Positions 30,245 through 38,882 of a DNA stretch of 64,000 bases are shown piece by piece. The stretch is from an uncultured Clostridia bacterium (GTDB lineage Bacteria > Bacillota > Clostridia > TANB77 > CAG-508): contig CAUWAY010000001.1 in the NCBI GenBank assembly GCA_963556905.1, positions 89,720 to 153,719 on the forward strand, in the 5' to 3' direction. The position numbers and the translations under genes are program-made. Every line of letters starts with the position of its first letter. The first letter of the stretch is position 1. A model generated the notes under the pieces. The model worked only from the letters and a program-made list of their open reading frames with translations, was not told where the DNA came from and did not search any database.

Positions 30245-30785
30245 TCATTCTACATATTTCCATTTATATCCACCTGCTGTCTTTAATTTATCTTTACAAC
30301 ATTTTGATATATGACTATGATGTATTTTCAATTCTCTTTCTACATCTTTTGTACTTTCCCATCTTTTAATAAAAACATTATCAAGTGTATATTGATTTAC
30401 TGGTTTATGATTTGGATGATTAGCGCCAAACCTTCCTTGCATATTTTTATTTACCTTTGCTAATCCTGTTTTAAAAGCATGTTGCATATTTTCACTAGAA
30501 GTTGTCCATTCTAAATTATTAATGCAATTATTTTCTTTATTTCCATCTATATGATTTACTTCTAGTTTGTTATCTATATTAGGTATAAATGCTTGTGCGA
30601 CTAATCTATGTACTTTACATCTTCTCTTTTTATTATTTTTGAACAAATCTACATTTAAATAATTATTGTCTGAAAATACTTTTAATATTTTTTTCCTTAT
30701 TTCTTTTTAAACTTTTTACTCTTCCTAAATTGCTAATTTGATATAATCCCTCATATCCTTGAATGTCTTTCCATGTTTCTTTCAT
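30245..30785 (-). pseudogene. NUMOD4-HNH endonuclease, frameshifted in an A7 run
   Basis: ETWKDIQGYEGLYQISNLGRVKS (NUMOD4) is out of frame with VHRLVA..VNHIDGNKENN (HNH); one extra A at 30688-30694. Confidence 0.7.
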
Positions 30786-30940
30786 TAGTTAGCACCTCCA
30801 ACTATTCTTTCGGCATATTCTAATGTGATTATTTCATTTGATATAGCTCTATAAAACCTAAACCCTTTTTTAAAACATTTTCTACTTATATTTCTTCTTC
30901 CTTTTAAATAATTTTTTAAAAAATCTGTGTAATTTTCCAT
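30785..30940 (-). CDS. Small hypothetical protein
   Basis: 51 aa MENYTDFLKNYL... with GAAAGGTAGG RBS. Confidence 0.5.
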   Translation of the reverse strand: MENYTDFLKNYLKGRRNISRKCFKKGFRFYRAISNEIITLEYAERIVGGAN

Positions 30941-30978
30941 AATAAAATACCTACCTTTCAAATATCTTTTTCGAATAC

Positions 30979-31090
30979 TTGAAAAGTAGGTATATTTATG
31001 CTAAAATATACTTAGATTTACTTTTACAAGTATTTCGACACTTGAGTATTCTGGTTTACTTTGGCGAGTGACAGAATACTCTATTTTTTT
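30979..31090 (+). ncRNA. Putative antisense sRNA unit
   Basis: TTGAAA-17-TAAAAT then hairpin GAGTATTCTG/CAGAATACTC and a T-run. Confidence 0.55.
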
Positions 31091-31254
31091 AATTCATTGT
31101 AGACCTTGTCTATTCCTTCTCTTATTATTTCTGATTTAACTTTTCCCGTTATTTTACAACAATAACCTAATTTATCTATATCTTCTTGTGACATTCTTAT
31201 TCTTGTGTTAAGAGTTTTTGGATTGCTTGTTGGTCTACCTGTTCTTGGACTCAT
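31081..31254 (-). CDS. Ribbon-helix-helix regulator
   Basis: 57 aa MSPRTGRPTSNPKTLNTRIRMS...KSEIIREGI; TGTATCCACA direct repeats upstream. Confidence 0.7.
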   Translation of the reverse strand: MSPRTGRPTSNPKTLNTRIRMSQEDIDKLGYCCKITGKVKSEIIREGIDKVYNELKK

Positions 31255-31393
31255 TTCATCACCTCAATTCTGTATCCACATATATATTATAATATGTATC
31301 CACAAAAGTCAAGTATTTCTATGAAATTTTTAAAGTATTTTTTCTGTCTGCCAAATTCATGTATTTTATTAAATTTTCAATGTACTAACTAAA

Positions 31394-31885
31394 TTATCTT
31401 ATTCTTAAAGACTCAGAACGAGGCTCATAATGTGCAAATATAATTTTCTCTCCTAAATCTAAGGCTTGTCTTATTTTGGTATTATCTGGCTCAACTTTTA
31501 AGTATTTTTGTGGAATATTACTATAATCTTCATCTACCCATAAAGGTGCTAAGCCTCCATTTTTTTGTATTCCAAAACTAAATCTAGCTGTTTTAAATTT
31601 AGTTTTTCCTGTTTCTCTCATAACCATTTCTAGTCTATCTTTTAATAATTTTGCTCTATTTTCGAAACTTTTTTGTCTTTCTTCTAATCTTATTTTTTCT
31701 TTTTTACAAATTTCTGCATCTCCTAAAAGTTCTTTTATTATTATTGCGTAATTATCTGCTTTATCTTCTATTTCTTCTTCAATACTTTCTAATGTATCTA
31801 ATATACATTGTTCATCAATTTCTTCCTCATACAACATATCTGCTACTTGTTTATAATTCTCTTTTAATTCATATAAATTACTCAT
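31394..31885 (-). CDS. Siphovirus Gp157 family protein
   Basis: MSNLYEL..DTLESI..IEDKADNY, KFKT..FSF.IQKN. Confidence 0.85.
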   Translation of the reverse strand: MSNLYELKENYKQVADMLYEEEIDEQCILDTLESIEEEIEDKADNYAIIIKELLGDAEICKKEKIRLEERQKSFENRAKLLKDRLEMVMRETGKTKFKTARFSFGIQKNGGLAPLWVDEDYSNIPQKYLKVEPDNTKIRQALDLGEKIIFAHYEPRSESLRIR

Positions 31886-31953
31886 TTCTTGACCTTTCTA
31901 CCGTTTTGTTGTATAATAACAATATACGGATTTTATATAATCTTATTTTTGAG

Positions 31954-32154
31954 TTATCTTTTTAAATTAGCGTTTGGGAAGATAACTCTTCTTATTTTTT
32001 CTAATGTCTCATAGTACATTTCGTGATTTTTATCTGCATTTTTTAGTATCAATTCAATTTGATTTAATTTTCTAAAATGAATTACTGCTCTTTCTTCTGC
32101 AAGTTCTGCATCTTGTTTTAATTGTTTTCTTGTTTCAAATGGCATAATCGTCAC
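31954..32154 (-). CDS. Hypothetical phage protein
   Basis: 66 aa ORF. Confidence 0.5.
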   Translation of the reverse strand: MTIMPFETRKQLKQDAELAEERAVIHFRKLNQIELILKNADKNHEMYYETLEKIRRVIFPNANLKR

Positions 32155-32563
32155 TCCTTTCTAATTTTTAAATATATATATAATTCCTGCTACTAAAGAT
32201 ATGTAGCATATGTTAATAACTAAATCCATTGTTATTATTTTTGATAATAATTCAGCTAGTCCAAATATTCCTAAAAGGAATACTAGTGACATAATTGTTA
32301 ATAGTATTTTTATTAATTCAATTTTTATTGTTTTCATTTGTTTATCCCTCCCATTTCATTTATTTGAATTTCTTAAAATTTCACATCCTATTTTGTTAAA
32401 TTCTTCATATACCTTTTGATTTTCTTCATAAGTTTTTGGAAAATATGTATTATCAATTTCTATAGTTGTACTTCCAATTTTAAATTCCTTAACTACCATT
32501 TTGTAATCACCTCATTAATGTCTATTCATATTACTTGTCTTTATTTCTTTGTACCGTGTCGCA

Positions 32564-32794
32564 TTAATTTGTTATCTTTTTGTGAACAGTTCGAATAAAA
32601 AAATATTCATTAAATTGTTTCTCTAACAGTTCACATATCCCTACAGATACTTTTTCATTTGGATTTCTAACTCCTGTAATTATTGAGCTTATATATGCTT
32701 TTGAATATCCTAATTTCTCTGCTACTGAAGTTATAGTATTTCCATTGCTAGTTAAATCTTCTTTTAATTTTTGTGGATTTTTAACTACTATCAA
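32564..32794 (-). CDS. Cro-like HTH regulator
   Basis: TITSVAEKLGYSKAYISSIITGVRNP HTH; divergent from cI. Confidence 0.85.
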   Translation of the reverse strand: MIVVKNPQKLKEDLTSNGNTITSVAEKLGYSKAYISSIITGVRNPNEKVSVGICELLEKQFNEYFFIRTVHKKITN

Positions 32795-32797
32795 TAT

Positions 32798-32924
32798 TGT
32801 TCACCTCGCTTTCGTTATCTTGTTGTGAACATTATATATTTATGTTTTCTTTTTGTCAACACTTTTTTAAAAAATTTTCAAAAAAAGTTTTACTTTTGTG
32901 AACAGGTATGCTATAATGTGAACA
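32798..32924. promoter_or_regulatory. Lysis/lysogeny switch operators (TGTGAACA repeats) and divergent promoters
   Basis: TGTGAACA at 32824, 32897, 32917 (also 32581); inverted TGTTCAC at 32798; TATAAT at 32912. Confidence 0.65.
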
Positions 32925-32938
32925 TAGGAGGTTTAAAA

Positions 32939-33613
32939 ATGCTTTCGAAAGAAGATTTAGGAAAATATTTAAAAAAACTTAGGAATAATAAATATTTATC
33001 TTTACGAGAAGTTAATCATATTACAGATATATCTTATTCTCATTTAAATATGATAGAAAACGGAAAAAGAAATGTTACTCCAGCTTTATTACGAGTTCTT
33101 GCTGACCTATATTGTGTAGATTATCTTGACCTATACGAAAAAGCTGGATATATAGATTTAATACAAGACGAACAATTAAAAAAAATAGGTGCTATTTCTT
33201 TATATGATATAGATAATGTTAAAATTCCAATTCTCGGTACAGTAAAAGCAGGATACGATTATATGGCACAAGAAAATTGGGATGGAATGGTAGAGGTAGA
33301 TGAAAGTACTATAAAAGATGGATCTGATTATTTTGCTTTAAAAATAAAAGGCGATAGTATGTATCCTATTTTAATAGAAAATGATATTGTTATTATAAAA
33401 AAACAAGAAGATTTTAAGAATGGAGACCTAGTTGTTGCAATCATAAACGGAAATGAAGCAACAATAAAAAAAGCAAAAAAAAGTGATAATGGAATTTTAT
33501 TACAACCGCTTAATACAAATTATGAACCACTTATATTTACTTATGATGAGATGAAATCTATTCCTGTTATTATTGTTGGCATAGTAAAACAATTAAAAAG
33601 AAAATTTTTATAA
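32939..33613 (+). CDS. CI-like repressor (HTH plus S24 peptidase)
   Basis: N-terminal HTH, AG cleavage site (VKAG), GDSM and TIKK catalytic motifs. Confidence 0.9.
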   Translation: MLSKEDLGKYLKKLRNNKYLSLREVNHITDISYSHLNMIENGKRNVTPALLRVLADLYCVDYLDLYEKAGYIDLIQDEQLKKIGAISLYDIDNVKIPILGTVKAGYDYMAQENWDGMVEVDESTIKDGSDYFALKIKGDSMYPILIENDIVIIKKQEDFKNGDLVVAIINGNEATIKKAKKSDNGILLQPLNTNYEPLIFTYDEMKSIPVIIVGIVKQLKRKFL

Positions 33614-33630
33614 AAAAAAGAGGAATTGAA

Positions 33631-34482
33631 ATGAAATTTGGAGTAAGAAAACCTAATATAAAAAAGAGTATTAAAGCACAAACTACTGGTAAAATAAAAA
33701 GAACCTTAAAAAAAGCAATAAATCCTTTATATGGAAAAAAGGGACTGGGTTTTATTAACAATCCTAAAAAAGCTTTATATAATAAAGTGTATAATAAGAC
33801 TACTATTGGAGTAAATGATATAATAAAAGGGGAATTTAAAATGAAGAATAATTCTAATAATATTAAAGAAAATAACGCTAATGGCATTTCTCAGTCAGAA
33901 GTAAAAAATTCAAAAAAATCTTTTTGGAAAAGTGGAAAAAATATAACTATTATAATTTTATCTTTTTTACTTTTTTGTTCCATTATTGCTTATGGTAATT
34001 CTGATGCTTACAAAATAGATGAATTAACAACACAAATAAATGAATTAAACCAAAAAAATAATGAATTAAATTTAAAAATAAAAAATAATCAAAAACAAAT
34101 AACTGACTTGCAAAATTCAAATAAACTTTTAATTGAAGAAAAAAACAAATTAGAAGATGAAAAACAGACTTTAGAAAAAGAAAAGCAGGAACTAACTACT
34201 AAAATTGAAGAACTTGAAAAGACATCTTCTACTGAAACTACAACTAATCCTGTTAATAATTCTACTTCTTCGACATCAAGTTCTTCATCATATAATTCAA
34301 ACACTTCAAATCAAACTTCTCCTGCCTCTTCTTCAGATAGCGATTCTGAAATGGTATGGGTTGGACAAACTGGTTCAAAATATCATAATCAAGGTTGTAG
34401 AACTTTAAAAGGCAATGGTCATCAAATTTCTTTACAACAAGCCTTGTCAGAAGGTAGAGAACCTTGTAAAGTTTGTCATTAA
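33631..34482 (+). CDS. Lysogeny-module membrane protein (basic N-domain, TM, coiled coil, Cys/His metal-binding C-domain)
   Basis: 283 aa; GSKYH..GC...GREPCKVC C-terminus. Confidence 0.75.
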   Translation: MKFGVRKPNIKKSIKAQTTGKIKRTLKKAINPLYGKKGLGFINNPKKALYNKVYNKTTIGVNDIIKGEFKMKNNSNNIKENNANGISQSEVKNSKKSFWKSGKNITIIILSFLLFCSIIAYGNSDAYKIDELTTQINELNQKNNELNLKIKNNQKQITDLQNSNKLLIEEKNKLEDEKQTLEKEKQELTTKIEELEKTSSTETTTNPVNNSTSSTSSSSSYNSNTSNQTSPASSSDSDSEMVWVGQTGSKYHNQGCRTLKGNGHQISLQQALSEGREPCKVCH

Positions 34483-34654
34483 ATGAATAATTTGTTGGTT
34501 AAATAAAAAGAGAATTATGTTCCAAAGTTTGCGACACGGTACATAAATCTCATCTACAAAACCACTTGTATAAAGTGTTTATTTGTGTATTTATTATACT
34601 ACAATAAATCTCTTTATGCAAGTAGCAAAATTTTGTTTAAGGAGATATTTTAAT

Positions 34655-36211
34655 ATGAATAACAATATAAATAATAATATGAAATATTATTGTGCATATT
34701 TAAGAAAATCACGTAAAGACATGGATGCAGAAGCTCATGGCAATGGTGAAACATTGGCAAGACACGAAAAACAGTTAAGAGATTTTGCCAACTCAATTGG
34801 AATAAAAATAAGTAAATTTTATAAAGAAGTAGTTTCTGGAGAAACTATATCTGCAAGACCTATAATGCAACAATTATTAGCAGATGTTGAAAATGGAATG
34901 TGGGCAGGTGTTTTAGTAGTTGAAGTCGAACGTTTAGCGAGGGGAAATACACTTGACCAAGGAATAGTCTCTAACGCTTTTCAATATTCAAATACAAAAA
35001 TTATTACACCATTAAAAACATATGATCCAAACAATGATTATGATGAGGAATATTTTGAATTTGGTTTATTTATGTCTAGAAGAGAGTATAAAAAAATAAA
35101 TCAAAGACTTCATACTGGAATATTAGCAAGCGTTAAAGAGGGAAAACATGTAGGAACATCAGCTCCTTATGGATATGATAAATATAAACTTCCAAAGCAA
35201 AAAGGTTACTCATTAAAGATAAATGAACATGAAGCCAAAATGGTTAGCTTAATATTTAGTCTATATATAAACGGTAATGGTATTGATTTCATTGCTCAAA
35301 AATTAAACAAACTAGGTTATAAACCTCGTAGAAGTAATGAATTTTCAAAATCTACAATATCACATATACTTACTAATCCTGTATACATTGGCAAAATACA
35401 ATATACTGACAAAGCAACTATTAAAAGAGTAGTTAATGGAAATATAATAAGAGTTAGAAATAAAGATAAAAATATTATATATGTTGATGGTTTACATGAA
35501 CCAATAATTGATTTAGATACTTGGAATAAAGTTCAAAATATACGAAAAAATAACTTGATTAATCGAACTAAGGTAGATTATACATTAAAAAACCCTATGG
35601 CTTCTATTTTGAAATGTGGGCTTTGTGGAAAGTCTTTATCTAGAGTTACATTTTCAAATAGAAACGATATAAGGATATGTTGTAGAAGATGTAAAGATAA
35701 TATCGGTAGTAATATAAACTTCGTTGAAGATAAATTGTTGCAAGCTTTAAATATTCTTTTAGCAAATTATAAGATTACAATGATTAACAACGATACAAGT
35801 GATACAGATGAGTTGCTAAGAATTAACAATGACTCTATTTCCAATTATAATCTACAGATGGATAAATTAAAACAACAATTAAACAAGACTTATGATTTAT
35901 TGGAACAAGAGGTATATACAAAAGAGGTATTTACAGAACGTTCTAATTTAATAAAAAATCAATTAGAAGAAATTTCAATTAATATTCAAAATTTAAAAAA
36001 TGACAATAATAGAATTTTGGATAACCAAAAAAATAAAGAAATTTTTATACCAAAAATAGAAAATGTTATAGAAGCTTATTATAAAACCGACGATGCACAA
36101 GAAAAGAATAACTTACTTAAAAGTATACTTGAAAAAGTAGAATATCTAAAAATAAATCCGTCTGACAAAGAGGACTTTAAATTAAAATTATATCCTAAAA
36201 TACAAGCATAG
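34655..36211 (+). CDS. Large serine integrase
   Basis: YLRKSR catalytic Ser, ERLARG, recombinase domain, CGLCG..C..C zinc ribbon, coiled coil. Confidence 0.95.
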   Translation: MNNNINNNMKYYCAYLRKSRKDMDAEAHGNGETLARHEKQLRDFANSIGIKISKFYKEVVSGETISARPIMQQLLADVENGMWAGVLVVEVERLARGNTLDQGIVSNAFQYSNTKIITPLKTYDPNNDYDEEYFEFGLFMSRREYKKINQRLHTGILASVKEGKHVGTSAPYGYDKYKLPKQKGYSLKINEHEAKMVSLIFSLYINGNGIDFIAQKLNKLGYKPRRSNEFSKSTISHILTNPVYIGKIQYTDKATIKRVVNGNIIRVRNKDKNIIYVDGLHEPIIDLDTWNKVQNIRKNNLINRTKVDYTLKNPMASILKCGLCGKSLSRVTFSNRNDIRICCRRCKDNIGSNINFVEDKLLQALNILLANYKITMINNDTSDTDELLRINNDSISNYNLQMDKLKQQLNKTYDLLEQEVYTKEVFTERSNLIKNQLEEISINIQNLKNDNNRILDNQKNKEIFIPKIENVIEAYYKTDDAQEKNNLLKSILEKVEYLKINPSDKEDFKLKLYPKIQA

Positions 36212-36231
36212 ATTTTTGGTCTATGCTTGTA
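36201..36231. terminator. Hairpin at integrase end
   Basis: TACAAGCATAGA-TTTTTGG-TCTATGCTTGTA. Confidence 0.6.
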
Positions 36232-36243
36232 ACATTAATATCT

Positions 36244-36651
36244 TCATCTATCAAAGTGAACCCATGTTGGTGAAATTGATACTGGCTCTACATATTTCCA
36301 TACTCCTGAATTTATTGCACTATTTCTTAGTACTGCTCTTTGTGCATTTGTTAATGTTTGGCCTACATCAAACGCAGTTCCTGCATAGTGTTGACTTTGA
36401 CTTCCATGTCCTCCTTCATATGGTCTTTTAAATGCAAATCCTACATATATTGGTCTTCCATATATATATCTTTGACTATTCCAAGCTTGCATTGTTCTTT
36501 TATCAGTCCACAAAATATTACTCTTACTTGAACCTCTAAATTCTGAAACTCTTAATGTTCTATTGGTATTGTATGGCATTGAATCAGTTTCATTTCTATA
36601 ATATGTCTCCATTCTATTTCTATCTTGATTATATACTAATATTTTTGCCAT
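36244..36651 (-). CDS. Peptidase M15-type (Zn D,D-peptidase-like) gene, probably the 5' part interrupted by the prophage
   Basis: SQHYAGTAFD and WVHFD Zn motifs; stop immediately after HFDR at the prophage edge. Confidence 0.7.
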   Translation of the reverse strand: MAKILVYNQDRNRMETYYRNETDSMPYNTNRTLRVSEFRGSSKSNILWTDKRTMQAWNSQRYIYGRPIYVGFAFKRPYEGGHGSQSQHYAGTAFDVGQTLTNAQRAVLRNSAINSGVWKYVEPVSISPTWVHFDR

Positions 36652-36752
36652 CTTTTTTCTCCTTTACTTTTGATTTTATATTAGTTATTATCATGTTAAA
36701 TGAAAAAACTTATATAGTCATTTATATATGATATGACTATATAAGTTTTTTG

Positions 36753-37445
36753 CTAATCTATTTTTTCTGTCTCTTTTAAAATACACCATGTTCCATTACT
36801 TTCAGGTAGACATCTAAATGTCATTTCCTTTTTAGTAATTGGATGTTGAATTGTAAGTTCATATGCCCAAAGTGCAATTTGTTTACCTTGTCCTCTTTTT
36901 CCATATTTTTGGTCTCCAAATATGCTATGTCCACTATTACTAAGTTGAACTCTTATTTGATGGTGTCTTCCTGTATGCAAGTTTACTTTTACTAGTGATA
37001 AATTTTTTATTTGATTATATGCTAATACTTCATAATCTAGCTTTGCAAGTTTTGAATTTTTTTTGCTTTTGTTTACCACTTTACTTATATTATTTCTTTC
37101 ATCTTTGTACAAATAGTCTTCTAATGTTCCTATTGGATTTTCAAATTCTCCATCTACTACTGCTAAATACTTCTTTTTTAAGATTTTTTCTCTTACTTGA
37201 TTACTTAATCTTGCTGCTGCTTTTGATGTTTTTGCAAATACCATTACTCCTCCAACAGGTCTATCTAGTCTATGTACTAATCCTAAATAGACATTACCAG
37301 GTTTATTTTCTTTTTCTTTTATATAATTTTTTATTAATGTTAACATATCAATGTCTTTTGTTTTATCTTCTTGTGATGGTATATTAGGTTGTTTTTTTAC
37401 TACTATAATATGATTGTCTTCATATATGACTTCTAATTTTTGCAT
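36753..37445 (-). CDS. RluA-family pseudouridine synthase
   Basis: VHRLDRPVGG, TGRHHQIR, GDQKYG. Confidence 0.93.
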   Translation of the reverse strand: MQKLEVIYEDNHIIVVKKQPNIPSQEDKTKDIDMLTLIKNYIKEKENKPGNVYLGLVHRLDRPVGGVMVFAKTSKAAARLSNQVREKILKKKYLAVVDGEFENPIGTLEDYLYKDERNNISKVVNKSKKNSKLAKLDYEVLAYNQIKNLSLVKVNLHTGRHHQIRVQLSNSGHSIFGDQKYGKRGQGKQIALWAYELTIQHPITKKEMTFRCLPESNGTWCILKETEKID

Positions 37446-37458
37446 TTTATCTCCTTTT

Positions 37459-38328
37459 TTATGAATTTTGTTCCCATCTTCCATAAATTCCACAAGGTAA
37501 TATAAGTTTTGAATTTTCCATAGGAAGTCCTACTTCTCCTGATGTTACACTTCCTTGATATTTTTTTGAAACAGTTAAATTTAAGATATTTTCAAGTACT
37601 TTACTTGAAATTCCAGTAGTATATGAGTTTATTAAGAAAAATAGTGGAGCATCTGATAATACTTTTGTACATAATTCTACTAAATCATATATATTATTTT
37701 CAAATTGCCATACTTCTCCATTTGCGCCTCTTCCATATGATGGTGGATCCATTATTATAGCATCATATTTGTTTTCTCTTCGAATTTCTCTGTTTACAAA
37801 TTTTACTACATCATCTATTATATATCTTACTGGTCTATCTTCTAATCCTGATGAAATTATATTTTCTTTAGCCCATGTTACCATTCCTTTTGAACTATCT
37901 ACATGGCAAACTGATGCACCTGCCGCACTACATGCTACTGTTGCACCTCCTGTATATGCAAATAAGTTTAATACTTTTATTGGTCTTTTTGCATTTTTTA
38001 TTTTGTCCATCATCCAGTCCCAATTAACTGCTTGTTCAGGAAATAATCCAGTGTGTTTAAATCCCATTGGTTTTATATTAAATGTTAATTCTTTATATTT
38101 TATTTGCCATTGTTCTGGCATTTTTTTGTTATATTTCCAAGCTCCTCCACCAGTTTTGCTTCTATTGTATATTGCATTTGCTTCTTTCCATTTATTAGGA
38201 AAACTTTTTTCATTCCAAATTATTTGTGGATCTGGTCTTGATAATATTATATTTCCCCACTTTTCTAATTTTTGACCATCTGCCATATCTAATATTTTGT
38301 AATCTTTCCAATTTTTTGCTATATTCAT
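37459..38328 (-). CDS. Class I SAM-dependent (rRNA) methyltransferase
   Basis: LNLFAYTGG, MDPPSYG. Confidence 0.9.
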   Translation of the reverse strand: MNIAKNWKDYKILDMADGQKLEKWGNIILSRPDPQIIWNEKSFPNKWKEANAIYNRSKTGGGAWKYNKKMPEQWQIKYKELTFNIKPMGFKHTGLFPEQAVNWDWMMDKIKNAKRPIKVLNLFAYTGGATVACSAAGASVCHVDSSKGMVTWAKENIISSGLEDRPVRYIIDDVVKFVNREIRRENKYDAIIMDPPSYGRGANGEVWQFENNIYDLVELCTKVLSDAPLFFLINSYTTGISSKVLENILNLTVSKKYQGSVTSGEVGLPMENSKLILPCGIYGRWEQNS

Positions 38329-38452
38329 ATTTATATATATGCTAAGTTTTATTTAACATATCCTTTCTTTTATTTATTAATATTTTAATTCTTAAATATT
38401 ATACAACAAAAGCCTCCAGATATCAATACCTGAAAGCTTTTTAAATTATTTT

Positions 38453-38578
38453 TTAAACAGATAGTATTTTCATTCCTAGTGTTAATAATTCATAAATCAT
38501 AAAAAAATTTGCTCCTGTTAAAATTAAAAAAGATATTACTGCAAATGAAAGTAATTTATGCTTTTTTAAAAATTTCAT
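38453..38578 (-). CDS. Small membrane peptide
   Basis: 41 aa MKFLKKHKLLSFAVISFLIL... with AGGAGG RBS. Confidence 0.5.
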   Translation of the reverse strand: MKFLKKHKLLSFAVISFLILTGANFFMIYELLTLGMKILSV

Positions 38579-38882
38579 GCTTATCCTCCTTTTATATTCT
38601 GATTAGTAAAGCTTGTCCTTTCTTAAAAAATATGTACATTCAATACTTGCTCATACTTTAAATATATGTATGTCTTTTTTATAATATTCTATTAATTTTA
38701 ACTTTTCATCGCAATATACAACATTTTTCTCATTTGTAATTATATATAAAAGGCAAAAAACTAGTCAAATTTTACTCAATTTTACTTGATAATTTTTGAT
38801 TAGTTTTATTATACAATTTACATACCAAAATATATTAAAAAAAGTTCACACACCAAACTTTAAAAATTCTAAATTTATGTTC

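Larger units (their letters stand above)
1..36245. mobile_element. Temperate siphovirus prophage (right part; continues beyond left window edge)
   Basis: Ordered tail, head, portal/terminase, replication, cro/cI and serine integrase modules; ends just after the integrase at a truncated host gene. Confidence 0.95.
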
